A stretch of DNA of 62,438 nt, the filler included, from Globobulimina sp. (Eukaryota), in NCBI GenBank assembly GCA_003354225.1. It is 37 parts of 37 records of this genome, joined end to end, with 100 filler letters (N's around TTAATTAATTAA, not from the genome) between each part and the next. Parts side by side here need not be neighbours in the genome. Positions count along the whole stretch, not along the records: positions 49,027 to 50,615 come from PIVH01014438.1; positions 50,716 to 52,304 come from PIVH01014439.1; positions 52,405 to 53,993 come from PIVH01014440.1; positions 54,094 to 55,682 come from PIVH01014441.1; positions 55,783 to 57,371 come from PIVH01014442.1; positions 57,472 to 59,060 come from PIVH01014443.1; positions 59,161 to 60,749 come from PIVH01014444.1; 30 more parts are not named here. One strand, 5' to 3'. Of the stretch, positions 49,088-59,695 are shown one piece after another. The translations under genes and the position numbers were made by a program. The stretch's first letter is position 1, and the number at the start of each line of letters is the position of its first letter. The notes under the pieces are model-generated. The model was not told the origin of the DNA. It was given only the letters and a program-made list of their open reading frames with translations, and searched no databases.

Positions 49088-50615
49088 TTACATTACATTT
49101 ACTTTTGTTTGAGGACTCATCTCAGCCACAACAGTATCATTAGCATCATCGCTTGACATTGATTTAGCGACTTCCTTCATTACATTTACTTTGGTTTGAG
49201 GACTCATCTCAACCACAACAGCATCATTAGCATCATCGCTTGACATTGATGCGACTTCCCTCATCGTAGTCATATCACGGGTATAATGTCTGATATTCTT
49301 CGATTCGATTGTGTCAACTTGAATATTTTCAATATTAATTTTAATTAAATTTGGCTCATTTTGTGTATTCCAGAAAATTTTGATTTGTCAAGCCAACTCA
49401 CCGTTTGATCGTGCCTCATTTATTAATGTCTCATATCTTTGACTTTGAGTTTCTGATTCATCATTTTCGTCATCGCAATATATTCTTATGCTTAATTGTA
49501 ATCCTTTTGTAATGGGCAATGGTTTTAACACTTCCATCAAATGTTTATCAACAACGAATAAATCAAAATAAAAATATGTCTTTAATCCTGCAATAATTCA
49601 TTTACATTTTCGTCGGTCAAATTTGCCAATAACATCCATTTTTATCTCTACATAACTCTGAGCGTTAATAATTTGTTTTTGCCCTACAAATGATAAAAAG
49701 GCAATGATTATCGACATAAATGAGAAGATCAACGATGTGATCGCAATGTAATTGGTGTTTGCACCCTCTTCATTATAATTATAAGCAATATACCAACATT
49801 GGATGACAGCCTGAGGCAAATTCTCGGCAATAATCACCGAATAAACACGTTTGATGGAGAAAGTGATCACATCGCGTTCACTCAAACCCATACAAAACAA
49901 ACTCCATCCAAATAATTCAGAATTCAATAATGAGACCGCAGTGAAAGAGCTTCCGGTCGCAAATGAAAAGAAATATAAATATTTAGTATTCTTAGCCAAC
50001 CAACCTGTTATTCTGCTATCTGAGGACCAATGTTTTCGCGAATAAAGAAATAACTGAATAATACTGATACCAATTGGGATAATTATAAATAGAGCGGATA
50101 ATGTTAAAGGAATTAATGTAACAGACGTTGGACTGTCCGTTGGTGCACTTGTCGGAATGTTTGCTATTTAAAAACAAAATTACATTTAAGCTGTTAACGT
50201 TACTGTCAACATTTCCGTATATTAAAAATAAAGACTAAACTTAAACTATTTACAGGGACAATATATATATTTGAGGGAGAGTCCCCGCCAGATTGTGAAG
50301 TGCAAGAAAAATAGTGATCAACGCCAGCATCCATATTTCGAGCACGATTACTATTCGTGCAACGCAACTCTAACGATTTCATATTAATACTGTCGGAAGC
50401 GAGCATGGAAATGGTTGAGGCTGCCTCATAAATCCGAAAAATACAATCGCTTGAAAATGTGGTGAGATGATGAAGTCCATTTCCTAGCGTTCTGCCCATA
50501 TATGTGGGTATGCCTCCATCGTCCCAATAAAATGATATTTATTTATTAAACCAGTCGCAAAATTATCAGCAGCCATTGTGGGCCCAACCAATGAAAATAA
50601 CCACATCAAGCAATT
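49088..50615 (-). pseudogene. Multi-pass membrane protein gene with two in-frame TGAs (49598, 49388), an upstream frameshift and a C-terminal ~29-aa tandem duplication
   Basis: ORFs 49598-49999 and 49088-49273 share a frame across two TGA codons. Also present: ENLPQAVIQ motif, PTSAPTDSPT linker and an intron at about 50165-50250. Confidence 0.65.
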
Positions 50616-51073
50616 NNNNNNNNNNNNNNNNNNNNNNNNNNNNNNNNNNNNNNNNNNNNTTAATTAATTAANNNNNNNNNNNNNNNNNNNNNNNNNNNNN
50701 NNNNNNNNNNNNNNNATTTGTCTGAGATTTAAGAATGGCCATAAATCACCCAATTCCGGTAATATACATTTTTTGTGCTTGCAAAAATTGATTTGATTTT
50801 TCATAATATCTCGCTTGTTCAATATATTTAAATGCTGTCTCATATAACAAACGCAAGTTAATTTCCACGCAACTTCCTGGTGTCAACGAAGAGCTCATGC
50901 TTTTAATTGTTTTTTGTAAAGTTTTGAACTGAATATTGTCAAATAATTCAGAAAAACTTTCGTTCCGCGAGGCAGACTCAGAAAACTACATTTTTTGTTG
51001 TTTTTAATTTATCCTCACACTCGTTTTGTAATCGAAAATAAAATTGGTACAATAATTACAATATAAAACGCGA

Positions 51074-51990
51074 TTAAGTTAAATCAATGATATCATCCAT
51101 ATCATTATGATTAGCTCCCTTTTGACGCCTTTCTCTTCTTTGCATTAAGTCCAATGGCGGTGCTTTTCCCTCATTACCATTCACAATATTTTCATTTTCA
51201 CTCTCCGTCTCAGCACCATCCTCCTCCATTGCCATCAATCCATTATGTTTATTTTCTGAAACCTTATCATCATTAACTCCCTCCTTAACATACCAGGATA
51301 TCGTATCGCCATCACCCACACCACAATCACCAATGTCTTCATCCTCCACCAAACTTTTATCCCCAAACTGCAAACCCAACGCTGCAGTATCAATGTCATT
51401 ATATTTCATTTTTAATTGACGCATAATCGCCTTTACTTTCTCATTTGTATGCACTTGAATCGTATCAGTCCGATCCGTTCCAAGTTGCAGCATTTTCACT
51501 GAAATTCTACACTTTTCAATGATTTCAATACTCGAATCACTGCCATACTCCGCATTGTTTGTATTTGTATTCGAATTAGTTTGCATATCGATTCTCTGTC
51601 TTTTATTTGGTTGACCTATATTAAAAGAACTATTATTATATTTATTATGTGTATCATGTCGTTTTCTTTTTTTTCTGTATTTTTTACTCGCATTTTTATT
51701 ATGGTTTTTGTGGTTTTTATGCACATTCAAAGTGGGATAATAATTGTTTGTGGGATGGTAATAGGGACAGTTCATATGTTGGTATTGGCAGTTATTATTA
51801 CGGCAAATGGTAAAGGTTTGGTGGTGGAAATCATTAATTACAAAATCAACGTTGTTGGATAGGTTTGGGTTAACAGATTGGTCTTTGTTTAACAAAATGA
51901 GCAATGAATGCGAGATTGGCTGTTCTTTGTGAATGCGCGACAATAAATGACCAAAATCTTTGTCGCCCGAAATGAGTGCGATCGCATTGG
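51074..51990 (-). CDS. NYN-domain C-terminus, CCCH finger and ubiquitin-like domain
   Basis: IALISGDKDFGHLL (NYN/PIN), CRNNNCQYQHMNCPYYH, LQFGDKSLVEDEDIGDCGVGDGDTI (Ubl). Confidence 0.7.
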
Positions 51991-52304
51991 ATTTTTTGCA
52001 CACTACCACCGTGAGTGTCGACTTTCGAGAGCGGGTCTCGCCGCGGCATCAAAGTCGATGATATTTTATCCAAAGCTTCCAAACCAAACCCGAATTTCGC
52101 AGAAGACATGACGAGACCAGGCGTGCAGACACCAAACGAATGCACGCTAGTACCTAGATAAGCAGGGTATTCCTGCTCCAACCACTCATACAAATTGGCC
52201 GCAACAATGTCACCAATTGCACCGCCCAGTGAATGACCAAGGAAATGAATATCTGCAGACGTATTCGCATCTTCAAGTCCGAACTTGTATCTCATGATCA
52301 ATTT
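51985..52304 (-). CDS. Class 3 lipase fragment (chimerically joined to the NYN gene)
   Basis: HFLGHSLGGAI nucleophile elbow, RRDPLSKVD. Confidence 0.75.
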
Positions 52305-52463
52305 NNNNNNNNNNNNNNNNNNNNNNNNNNNNNNNNNNNNNNNNNNNNTTAATTAATTAANNNNNNNNNNNNNNNNNNNNNNNNNNNNNNNNNNNNNNNN
52401 NNNNATCTTCGCATTTCCAGTCTTAGCCTTGTACAAAACATTGGTGCTCGAGCCAGGAGAAAA

Positions 52464-53513
52464 TTGACCAACACCACACCAACCGCTGAACCCGATGATA
52501 TCGTGCACTCCAAAGCAATATTAAAATCCACCAAAAACTTCACCACAGACATTGAACAAATTGCAAACAGTTTATATTTGTCACAAATTGAACAAGCAAC
52601 CATTCTGCGGACATTCTCCAACAAATTAAGCCATATAGCAGTTCAACACTCATCTGATCATTTTTCTATTTTGCTGAATAAAATGGGCAGAGTTCATGCA
52701 AATATCCAAGAAATCTACGAGATGCATTTGGTAAATATGAAGGATGAATTAGTGAAACCATTGAAGGAGTTTAATAGGAACGAAATTGAGCAATGTCAGG
52801 CATGCAAATTGCACTTAAAAACAGTCAAAGCGCAGTATGATGTACAGAAACAAAATGAAGACAAAATAAAAAAAATGTTGGATGAACGGTTCCCGACAGA
52901 CCCGTCGCCAAATAATAGCAACAGGAAAGGCTCAAAATCTAATGCAGACATAAAATCCGTCGAATTGGAACTAGCTAGAATCGATTTTATTAAATCTGTG
53001 GTGACTATGAATGGCAAAAAAATGCAGCTAATGCAGAGCATGAAACATTACATGTCTTCATTTGAAGCATACTCAGCAATGAATTGTCAAAATATTAATA
53101 TTCAAAATGAAAATGTTGAACACAAAATGATGGAAAATATTTCAGTGGTTGTTAAAGAAGGATATTTTAAGAAAAATGGAAGGAGGAAATATTTCAAATT
53201 GTTTACAAATAAAAAACTAGTGTATATGGCGGGAGATGGACCAAATGGTGTTATCAAAGGATACATTGATTTGAATAAAATATTGGATGTAAACAAAAAT
53301 GGTAAGGATTTAATCGAAATACAAACTGTAGCAAAGAGGTATTCGTTTCAATTTGATAATTTAACCAATGTTCGAGACGAATGGTTTGCAATCATCCAAG
53401 AAAGTGTTGGTAATAAAAAAGTTACCATATTACAGATGAAAAAGAGTTTCGAGGAAACATTTTATAGTGTTGATACAAGCTATGATACCGCACAATCAAT
53501 AGATTTGGTGTAG
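52464..53513 (+). CDS. BAR-like plus PH domain protein (probably 5'-partial)
   Basis: Helical LVKPLKEF region, then VKEGYFKK..RRKYFKL..KGYIDL..RDEWFAII (PH). Confidence 0.8.
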   Translation: MTNTTPTAEPDDIVHSKAILKSTKNFTTDIEQIANSLYLSQIEQATILRTFSNKLSHIAVQHSSDHFSILLNKMGRVHANIQEIYEMHLVNMKDELVKPLKEFNRNEIEQCQACKLHLKTVKAQYDVQKQNEDKIKKMLDERFPTDPSPNNSNRKGSKSNADIKSVELELARIDFIKSVVTMNGKKMQLMQSMKHYMSSFEAYSAMNCQNINIQNENVEHKMMENISVVVKEGYFKKNGRRKYFKLFTNKKLVYMAGDGPNGVIKGYIDLNKILDVNKNGKDLIEIQTVAKRYSFQFDNLTNVRDEWFAIIQESVGNKKVTILQMKKSFEETFYSVDTSYDTAQSIDLV

Positions 53514-53879
53514 GTTTGAAGGGATTCTATCGTCTTTGATTGGTTTTTATATTCTATATATAGCTAACTTGTTTTTGTAATCTGTCAGTTGGACTCATAG
53601 GGTTTTATATCTATATATAAATGGGAAATTTACTTTTGATTATTTTGTATATATTGGCAGAATGAACATATTTTGAATAGATATGACTCAGATCTTGTAC
53701 ATCTTTAACTGTATTCATACAGTCAAGTAACCAGCCTTATGATTTTAGTCATTTTACAATGGGAAACAAACAAACAAACAAGAAGCTTGATTTTACCATA
53801 TTTAAAACAAACACAACACGATGTCATACTCAACAGAATGGAGAAGAAGACGAAATAATCAAAAAGAGCATCCGGTTTT

Positions 53880-53993
53880 CAGCGTCAGATTTTTATTGTT
53901 TCTGAGAAACGAAGGCAAACCTATATTGTTTTTACCTTTATCAGTCACCAGAAACGGTTTGCTTATACTCGCCCCAATAAAAATCTGACGCTG
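53880..53993. repeat. 114-bp element bounded by perfect 19-bp inverted repeats (MITE-like)
   Basis: cagcgtcagatttttattg (53880-98) and caataaaaatctgacgctg (53975-93). Confidence 0.75.
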
Positions 53994-54093
53994 NNNNNNN
54001 NNNNNNNNNNNNNNNNNNNNNNNNNNNNNNNNNNNNNTTAATTAATTAANNNNNNNNNNNNNNNNNNNNNNNNNNNNNNNNNNNNNNNNNNNN

Positions 54094-54934
54094 TTTAAAA
54101 CATTATTTAATTTCCCAGATCCATTTAATGAATTAATTGCATTGATGCACATTTCTTGAGCAATACATATTTGTTCAATAAAATTCGAAACGTTTATAGA
54201 TTGCATGCCCATTTTTTCAAATATTTTATGTTTATTATCATACATTGACTCAATATATCTCTGGTTATTATTTAATTTTTTATTTGATTTTGATGATTTG
54301 GTGATTTTTGTAAATTGATTTTTTGCCAATTCAACATTATTTGTATTTAAATAATATGAGGTATAATTACAAATATATTTAAACAAATACCAATCCTGAA
54401 ATTGTTGCTGCTCTTTATGCCTTTTAATATCATCCAAAATAAGTTTAATAGTTTCTTTATACATATTATGTACTTTATTTCTTCTGTAGTTTGTGTATAA
54501 ATATATAAATGTGCAAAATTTGTGTATACACAGTCAGAAAAACGTAACTTCGAAGCGTAGAGTCTAGAATCAAATTTTTTATATGCATATTTATCCAAAT
54601 CTTCGCCAACATAAAATTTAACCCACCTAAATTCTCTCCCACCTACCATATTATGCATATTATCATCATGGAACTTTACCATCCAACCTTTCATTGTGAT
54701 TGATTCATTATATTTTATTTTTAGTTTTCTTTCTAAATCTTCAACAGAATTGATATATGTAATCACATTCAAATCATCCCTTTCTGACCCAACTTGCCAA
54801 CTTTCTGCAATGCATGACATTAAATCTTCTGCAGCGTAAACAATTAAATGAGACTCTAACTCATCAACATATTCCGTAAATCTCTCAATCTTATCTGTGA
54901 CACCTTGCACAAAATCCTTTGTACTTTTAGCCAA
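54094..54934 (-). CDS. Hypothetical spliced protein (PH-like start KGWMVK..FRWV)
   Basis: Two overlapping ORFs, probably joined by an intron at about 54490-54540. Confidence 0.4.
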
Positions 54935-55118
54935 AACAACATCTTTTTTTTTGACTAAAAACTTTAGTGTTCCTTTATAATTTATTTTCCATGCCTTTAT
55001 GTTTTTTTATCAGCTTATTTTGTTTATGATGACTTCTTTTTCTTCCTTGCAATCCTAGATTTAAGAATTTTCGAATGTCCATAGTAGATTGTTAGTCAAG
55101 ATGCAGCTATTAGAGTAT

Positions 55119-55682
55119 TTAAGATGTTTTCAGTGAAAATTGTTGCTTCATACTAGCTTTCTCAGCATTTTGGAGCAATGGTTGCTTTTTGCCTAGAGGT
55201 TTGTCAAAAGTAGTTCTTAAAAAAAAAATCCATAGTGTACAATTTACTGCATCATATATTGCTTGTTCAGTGATATGAATATCCGATGTTTCATGTAATA
55301 AATTTTGTATTTCATAAATTTTAGCAAGAGTCCATTGTTCCCTATGGTTGAATTCCAATGCAACCAATGCCACATTTTGTTGATTATAATCAGTATTTGG
55401 ATCAAGTCTCTCCAGTGAACATTGCCAATTAGAAAATTTCTGGAGATTTAACAGAATACCGGAATAATAACATTTTCCTTGTTGCTGCTCATATAAACTC
55501 AATAAAAATTGTACATCAATGTTCTGTTTCTACATAATTTACCGAGATACTTGTGAGGAGTGTTGAATTCTGTTTCGTGTCTACATAGTTTACACCGGAA
55601 CCAATATCCATCATTTGTATGACAATTTCTATGAAACTCTGTTAAAGGTAATATTCTTGCGCAGCGAGAACAATATTTGTTT
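55119..55682 (-). pseudogene. Degenerate viral-type Zn-finger plus HNH-like endonuclease
   Basis: KYCSRC..LTEFH..DGY..RCKLC, then after a frameshift LYEQQQGKCYYSG..WQCSLERLD..Y..NVALVALEFN. Confidence 0.7.
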
Positions 55683-55877
55683 NNNNNNNNNNNNNNNNNN
55701 NNNNNNNNNNNNNNNNNNNNNNNNNNTTAATTAATTAANNNNNNNNNNNNNNNNNNNNNNNNNNNNNNNNNNNNNNNNNNNNCCAAATAATAACCAATGT
55801 AAATAAAAAAAAATGCATTTAACTCTATTTTGTATCCTTGCACATTATCAAAAAAAAAATACAAAAAAACACATTAA

Positions 55878-57371
55878 GATTTATCGTTTAACAATGAATT
55901 ACTATTCAACGATGAAAACAATTTGGAAGAATCACTCGATCCATTTCTAGATTGGCAAGGCTCCAAACACCGCAATGATTTATTAAAATGGGTGCAATCC
56001 TTAAACTTTTTATACGTACAAAGCAATAACAACAAAGGCAAAACCATCAAACGTCTCAACGAGGACAAAAAGGAGAAAAAGACCATCGAAATCATCACCA
56101 CCTTCCAAGAAAATGGCATATGCTCCATCTCCGACTTATTGCTCTGCGGCACCGAGAAAATGAAACAACTCTTAAACGAGTGGCAAATTCGCGGGCAACA
56201 AAAGAAACAATTTCTGTTTGCCCTGAAATCGTTAAAAAACGTCTACGCAGAGAAAAAATCCAAACTCTCCACCGACACTGCCATCGCCCAAGCATTCATG
56301 CAGCGAAACAGCAAAAACCTCAGCAACAAAGACATCAAAATGGATAAATACAACCTGAATCTCGAAGAAAAAAGCAATTCCAACGCCAGCAAGCAAAATA
56401 TAAAAATCATCAATGGCAGCAAGATAATGCAACAAATCACGCATTTAATGGACATCCAGCACTTCGAAGATGCCATTTTTTTGACTGAAAAGGCGCTCAA
56501 AATCATGGACCAGCAGTTTGGTTACAACCTCATCGAGAAAACGCACTCTTTGCTGTCACTGCCAATGTATTATCTGCCTCAGAATGCGGACAAAAACCAA
56601 AACGTTTCCTGTCTAAAAAGCAACTCGCAATCCACTGAAAACGTCACTGTCAACGTCAACTACAACATCAACATCAACATCAACATAAACGGCACCGGCT
56701 CCGGCAATATCAATCAAAGCCAAACCAACAACAACGAGAGCCACACTTGGCTGCCCACGGCGCCTTCCATCACGCAGTCGTTCAACACCTTATTATCGCA
56801 GTTCAAGTTCAACAACAAATTGTCGTCCTTGTTCGACGAGGACAGCGCCGAAATGGCCACGGCGACGGCCACGGCCACGGCCACGCCGCCCAACAAAATC
56901 ACCAACATCGAGAACATTTTGCCGATGGTGCGCAGCAAGAAAGAGTCGGCCACTTCGTGCGACATCATCCGGTTGGAGGCGCGGGGCACTTTGATGGATT
57001 TGTCGCCCACCAACGCCGACTTGGTGCCCTTGGGCCTCTTACGCAGAATGTACCCGCTCGTGTTGTGGCAGTCCGGCCGCAGCCGGCATGGCCTGGTCGC
57101 CATCGGCGAGATATTGTCGGAGCAGGGCTTCAACAGGGAATGCCATGCCATCCACCCCGCGCTCTTATACCAAGTGCAAAAGTACGAGCTGTGCAAGTCT
57201 GCGGTGTTGAAGTCGCTCAACCTGTCGCATAACAAGTGCGTCTTGGCGCGTTTGGTGGACATTTGGTTGGACCGCAACAAGAAGTTCAAGTACAACAAAG
57301 TGTGCGTGTTGTTGCAGTACCTGACGGACAGCAATGCGCACATCGAGTACTTCAACCGCTTCGGCCATAAC
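55878..57371 (+). CDS. Hypothetical protein with a SAM-like N-terminal region (partial at both ends)
   Basis: About 498-aa open frame. FQENGICSISDLL..LNEWQI is SAM-like. Confidence 0.6.
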
Positions 57372-57536
57372 NNNNNNNNNNNNNNNNNNNNNNNNNNNNN
57401 NNNNNNNNNNNNNNNTTAATTAATTAANNNNNNNNNNNNNNNNNNNNNNNNNNNNNNNNNNNNNNNNNNNNTTTTTCACTGTTAAAAAACTTTAGGGAGA
57501 GGTGAGGCACTCAAACAATGAATTAAATTTATACTG

Positions 57537-59060
57537 TTAATAATAATCATTACAGGAACATTTGCCATTTTTAAAAATATGAACTCTGTTTGTATCCGTA
57601 ATAATGAATTTTCTATCTTCAATCAAAGATAATACTTTCATAAAATGATGACAATCTTGACATATTCTTAAATTTTTATTTATTACAATATCATAATCTT
57701 TATTTTTTTCAGTCATTATTAATGCAAATAATACCGCTAATTTTTCACTGTGTTTATAAATTGTATTTTGTGCTTTTTTATTGTTATTTATTTGCCGCGT
57801 TAAAACATTCAAATTAGGACAATATCCATAATTTATTAATTTTAATTGAAACGATTTATCATTTAATTTAGTATCAATACATTTATATTCATTTTTAGAT
57901 TTATATGAATTTCCTGCAACAAATTCATATATTTTACTATTAATTTGAATTGATGCGATTGCTTTGATTTTGCATTTATTCCATTTATTCAATACCATGT
58001 TATTTCGAATCTGTTTAACTTTATCAAAATCATTATGAAAAGCATAAATATTTGACAATAAAATAGATGAAGAAGCCATTATTCTACAATTCTCTGAATA
58101 TCGTTTTTTTATTTCATTATAAATTATTTCACCAATTTCTAAATTGTAAAATTTTTTAGCTCCACTTAATATTGACATCCATTGTTCAATGCATTCTCCA
58201 TCATCATCAGTGTCACTATCAGCAGCAGCACCATATGACAATAATAATTTATACGCTTTATTTAAATCACCATTTCGTGACAAACAATCAATTAAAGCGG
58301 ATAATGTGTATTTGTTATATTGTAATCCATCACCACATTCTTGTAATTCTTGCCATAAATCTAAGGCCGCTTTTACATTTCCACAATGATTAAATGCATT
58401 AATTAATGATGTATGTATTTTATATAAATCCAAATTATTTGAGTTGTAAACATTTGAGTCAGTTTTCATTTTTTCATAGATATTTATGGCATTTTCAATT
58501 TGTCCATTTCTACCCAGCGAATGAATGATACTATTCCAAACATCCAAATTATTACAATATTCATAATAATTTACAAAATAAATCTCATCAAATATCTGTT
58601 TACAAATTGATAATTTACCACATTTTCCATAAAAATAAATTAAATTAATTTGAATTGAAATATTTTGCAAAATATGTTTATTTTTGTTGTAATCATTTAA
58701 TAAATGCGAATGGATATTTTTACCAAAGTGATATATCGTTGCTTGTGTACATACTTTAAAAATAATACAATAACTTATTTCATTTAAATTAATTTCATTC
58801 TCTAAATACTCACAAAACATTTTAATACATTTAATATGTTCACATTCATTGTCTAAATAAACAGTTAACATTGAATTTATTGTAATAATATCTCTGTTGT
58901 TCATACAATTATATACATTTAATGCGGATGAAACATCTCCAATTTTGCCATAAAACGAAATAATCGCATTGTTTAGATTTATATTATTATTGTTATTATT
59001 GTTCAACAACAAATTAGATATAATTTCTTTTCCTTTTCTTATATTTTTTATATTTGTGCA
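57537..59060 (-). CDS. PLS-class PPR protein with E1/E2 and DYW cytidine-deaminase domain (ends DYY), 5'-partial
   Basis: L-S-P-L-S-P2-L2-S2 motifs, E1 (WMSILSGA), E2 (ILLSNIYA), GYCPN, HSEKLA, KNLRICQDCH, RVHIFKNGKCSCNDYY. Confidence 0.96.
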   Translation of the reverse strand, partial: CTNIKNIRKGKEIISNLLLNNNNNNNINLNNAIISFYGKIGDVSSALNVYNCMNNRDIITINSMLTVYLDNECEHIKCIKMFCEYLENEINLNEISYCIIFKVCTQATIYHFGKNIHSHLLNDYNKNKHILQNISIQINLIYFYGKCGKLSICKQIFDEIYFVNYYEYCNNLDVWNSIIHSLGRNGQIENAINIYEKMKTDSNVYNSNNLDLYKIHTSLINAFNHCGNVKAALDLWQELQECGDGLQYNKYTLSALIDCLSRNGDLNKAYKLLLSYGAAADSDTDDDGECIEQWMSILSGAKKFYNLEIGEIIYNEIKKRYSENCRIMASSSILLSNIYAFHNDFDKVKQIRNNMVLNKWNKCKIKAIASIQINSKIYEFVAGNSYKSKNEYKCIDTKLNDKSFQLKLINYGYCPNLNVLTRQINNNKKAQNTIYKHSEKLAVLFALIMTEKNKDYDIVINKNLRICQDCHHFMKVLSLIEDRKFIITDTNRVHIFKNGKCSCNDYY

Positions 59061-59226
59061 NNNNNNNNNNNNNNNNNNNNNNNNNNNNNNNNNNNNNNNN
59101 NNNNTTAATTAATTAANNNNNNNNNNNNNNNNNNNNNNNNNNNNNNNNNNNNNNNNNNNNCTATATGATGCACAGTAAATTAGTCACTGGGTTTTCATGT
59201 GGAGTCTTCAGGAGTAAGTTTAAAAA

Positions 59227-59499
59227 ATGGCGTCATGGTTTGGTCCCACAAAACAACAAAAAGAAGAGGAATTGAAAATGGCTAAAATGGAGTATGAAGG
59301 AATGACAGTGACATTGCATAGAATCACATCAAAATGTTTCAAGAGATGTGCAAAAAACGTAAATGACTCTGACTTATCCACCACAGAAATGCTCTGTTTA
59401 GACAGATGCACTCAAAACTATTTAACTACGATAAACCTGGTCGGTATCCGCACAGAGGAAATTTCACGAAAATTCGTTCAGCAGTTTAAAAATCCATAA
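59227..59499 (+). CDS. TIM10: Small Tim chaperone (Tim10-like)
   Basis: Twin CX3C motifs (KCFKRC, LCLDRC), EYEGM and LSTTE. Confidence 0.85.
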   Translation: MASWFGPTKQQKEEELKMAKMEYEGMTVTLHRITSKCFKRCAKNVNDSDLSTTEMLCLDRCTQNYLTTINLVGIRTEEISRKFVQQFKNP

Positions 59500-59695
59500 A
59501 TATAAAAAATACAAGAAATAAATTGCTCATGACAAGAAAGAGTGCTTTTACACAAAAAATAAATTGTGCACGGCATAAACTTTTTTGAATAAGAGATGAA
59601 GGCAAGACATAAATTGCTTAATACAAAAAAACAATTGAATGGATGCAACGACAATAAACAACGTATTATAAAATTGTGTCCGTTCATTCTTTCAC

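Noticed and set aside
49388-49600. The two TGAs as selenocysteine, or as nuclear targets of the DYW protein
   Set aside because: The context is not redox-like, no SECIS was seen, and the gene also has a frameshift. Known DYW editors act in organelles.
51870-52304. Genuine lipase-NYN fusion protein
   Set aside because: The two parts are in different frames and both domains are truncated at the join near 51985, which fits a chimera.
56714-57368. Overlapping antisense and alternate-frame ORFs (also 22890-23384, 36544-36978, 37315-37812)
   Set aside because: These are shadow ORFs of real genes caused by codon bias, with no motifs.
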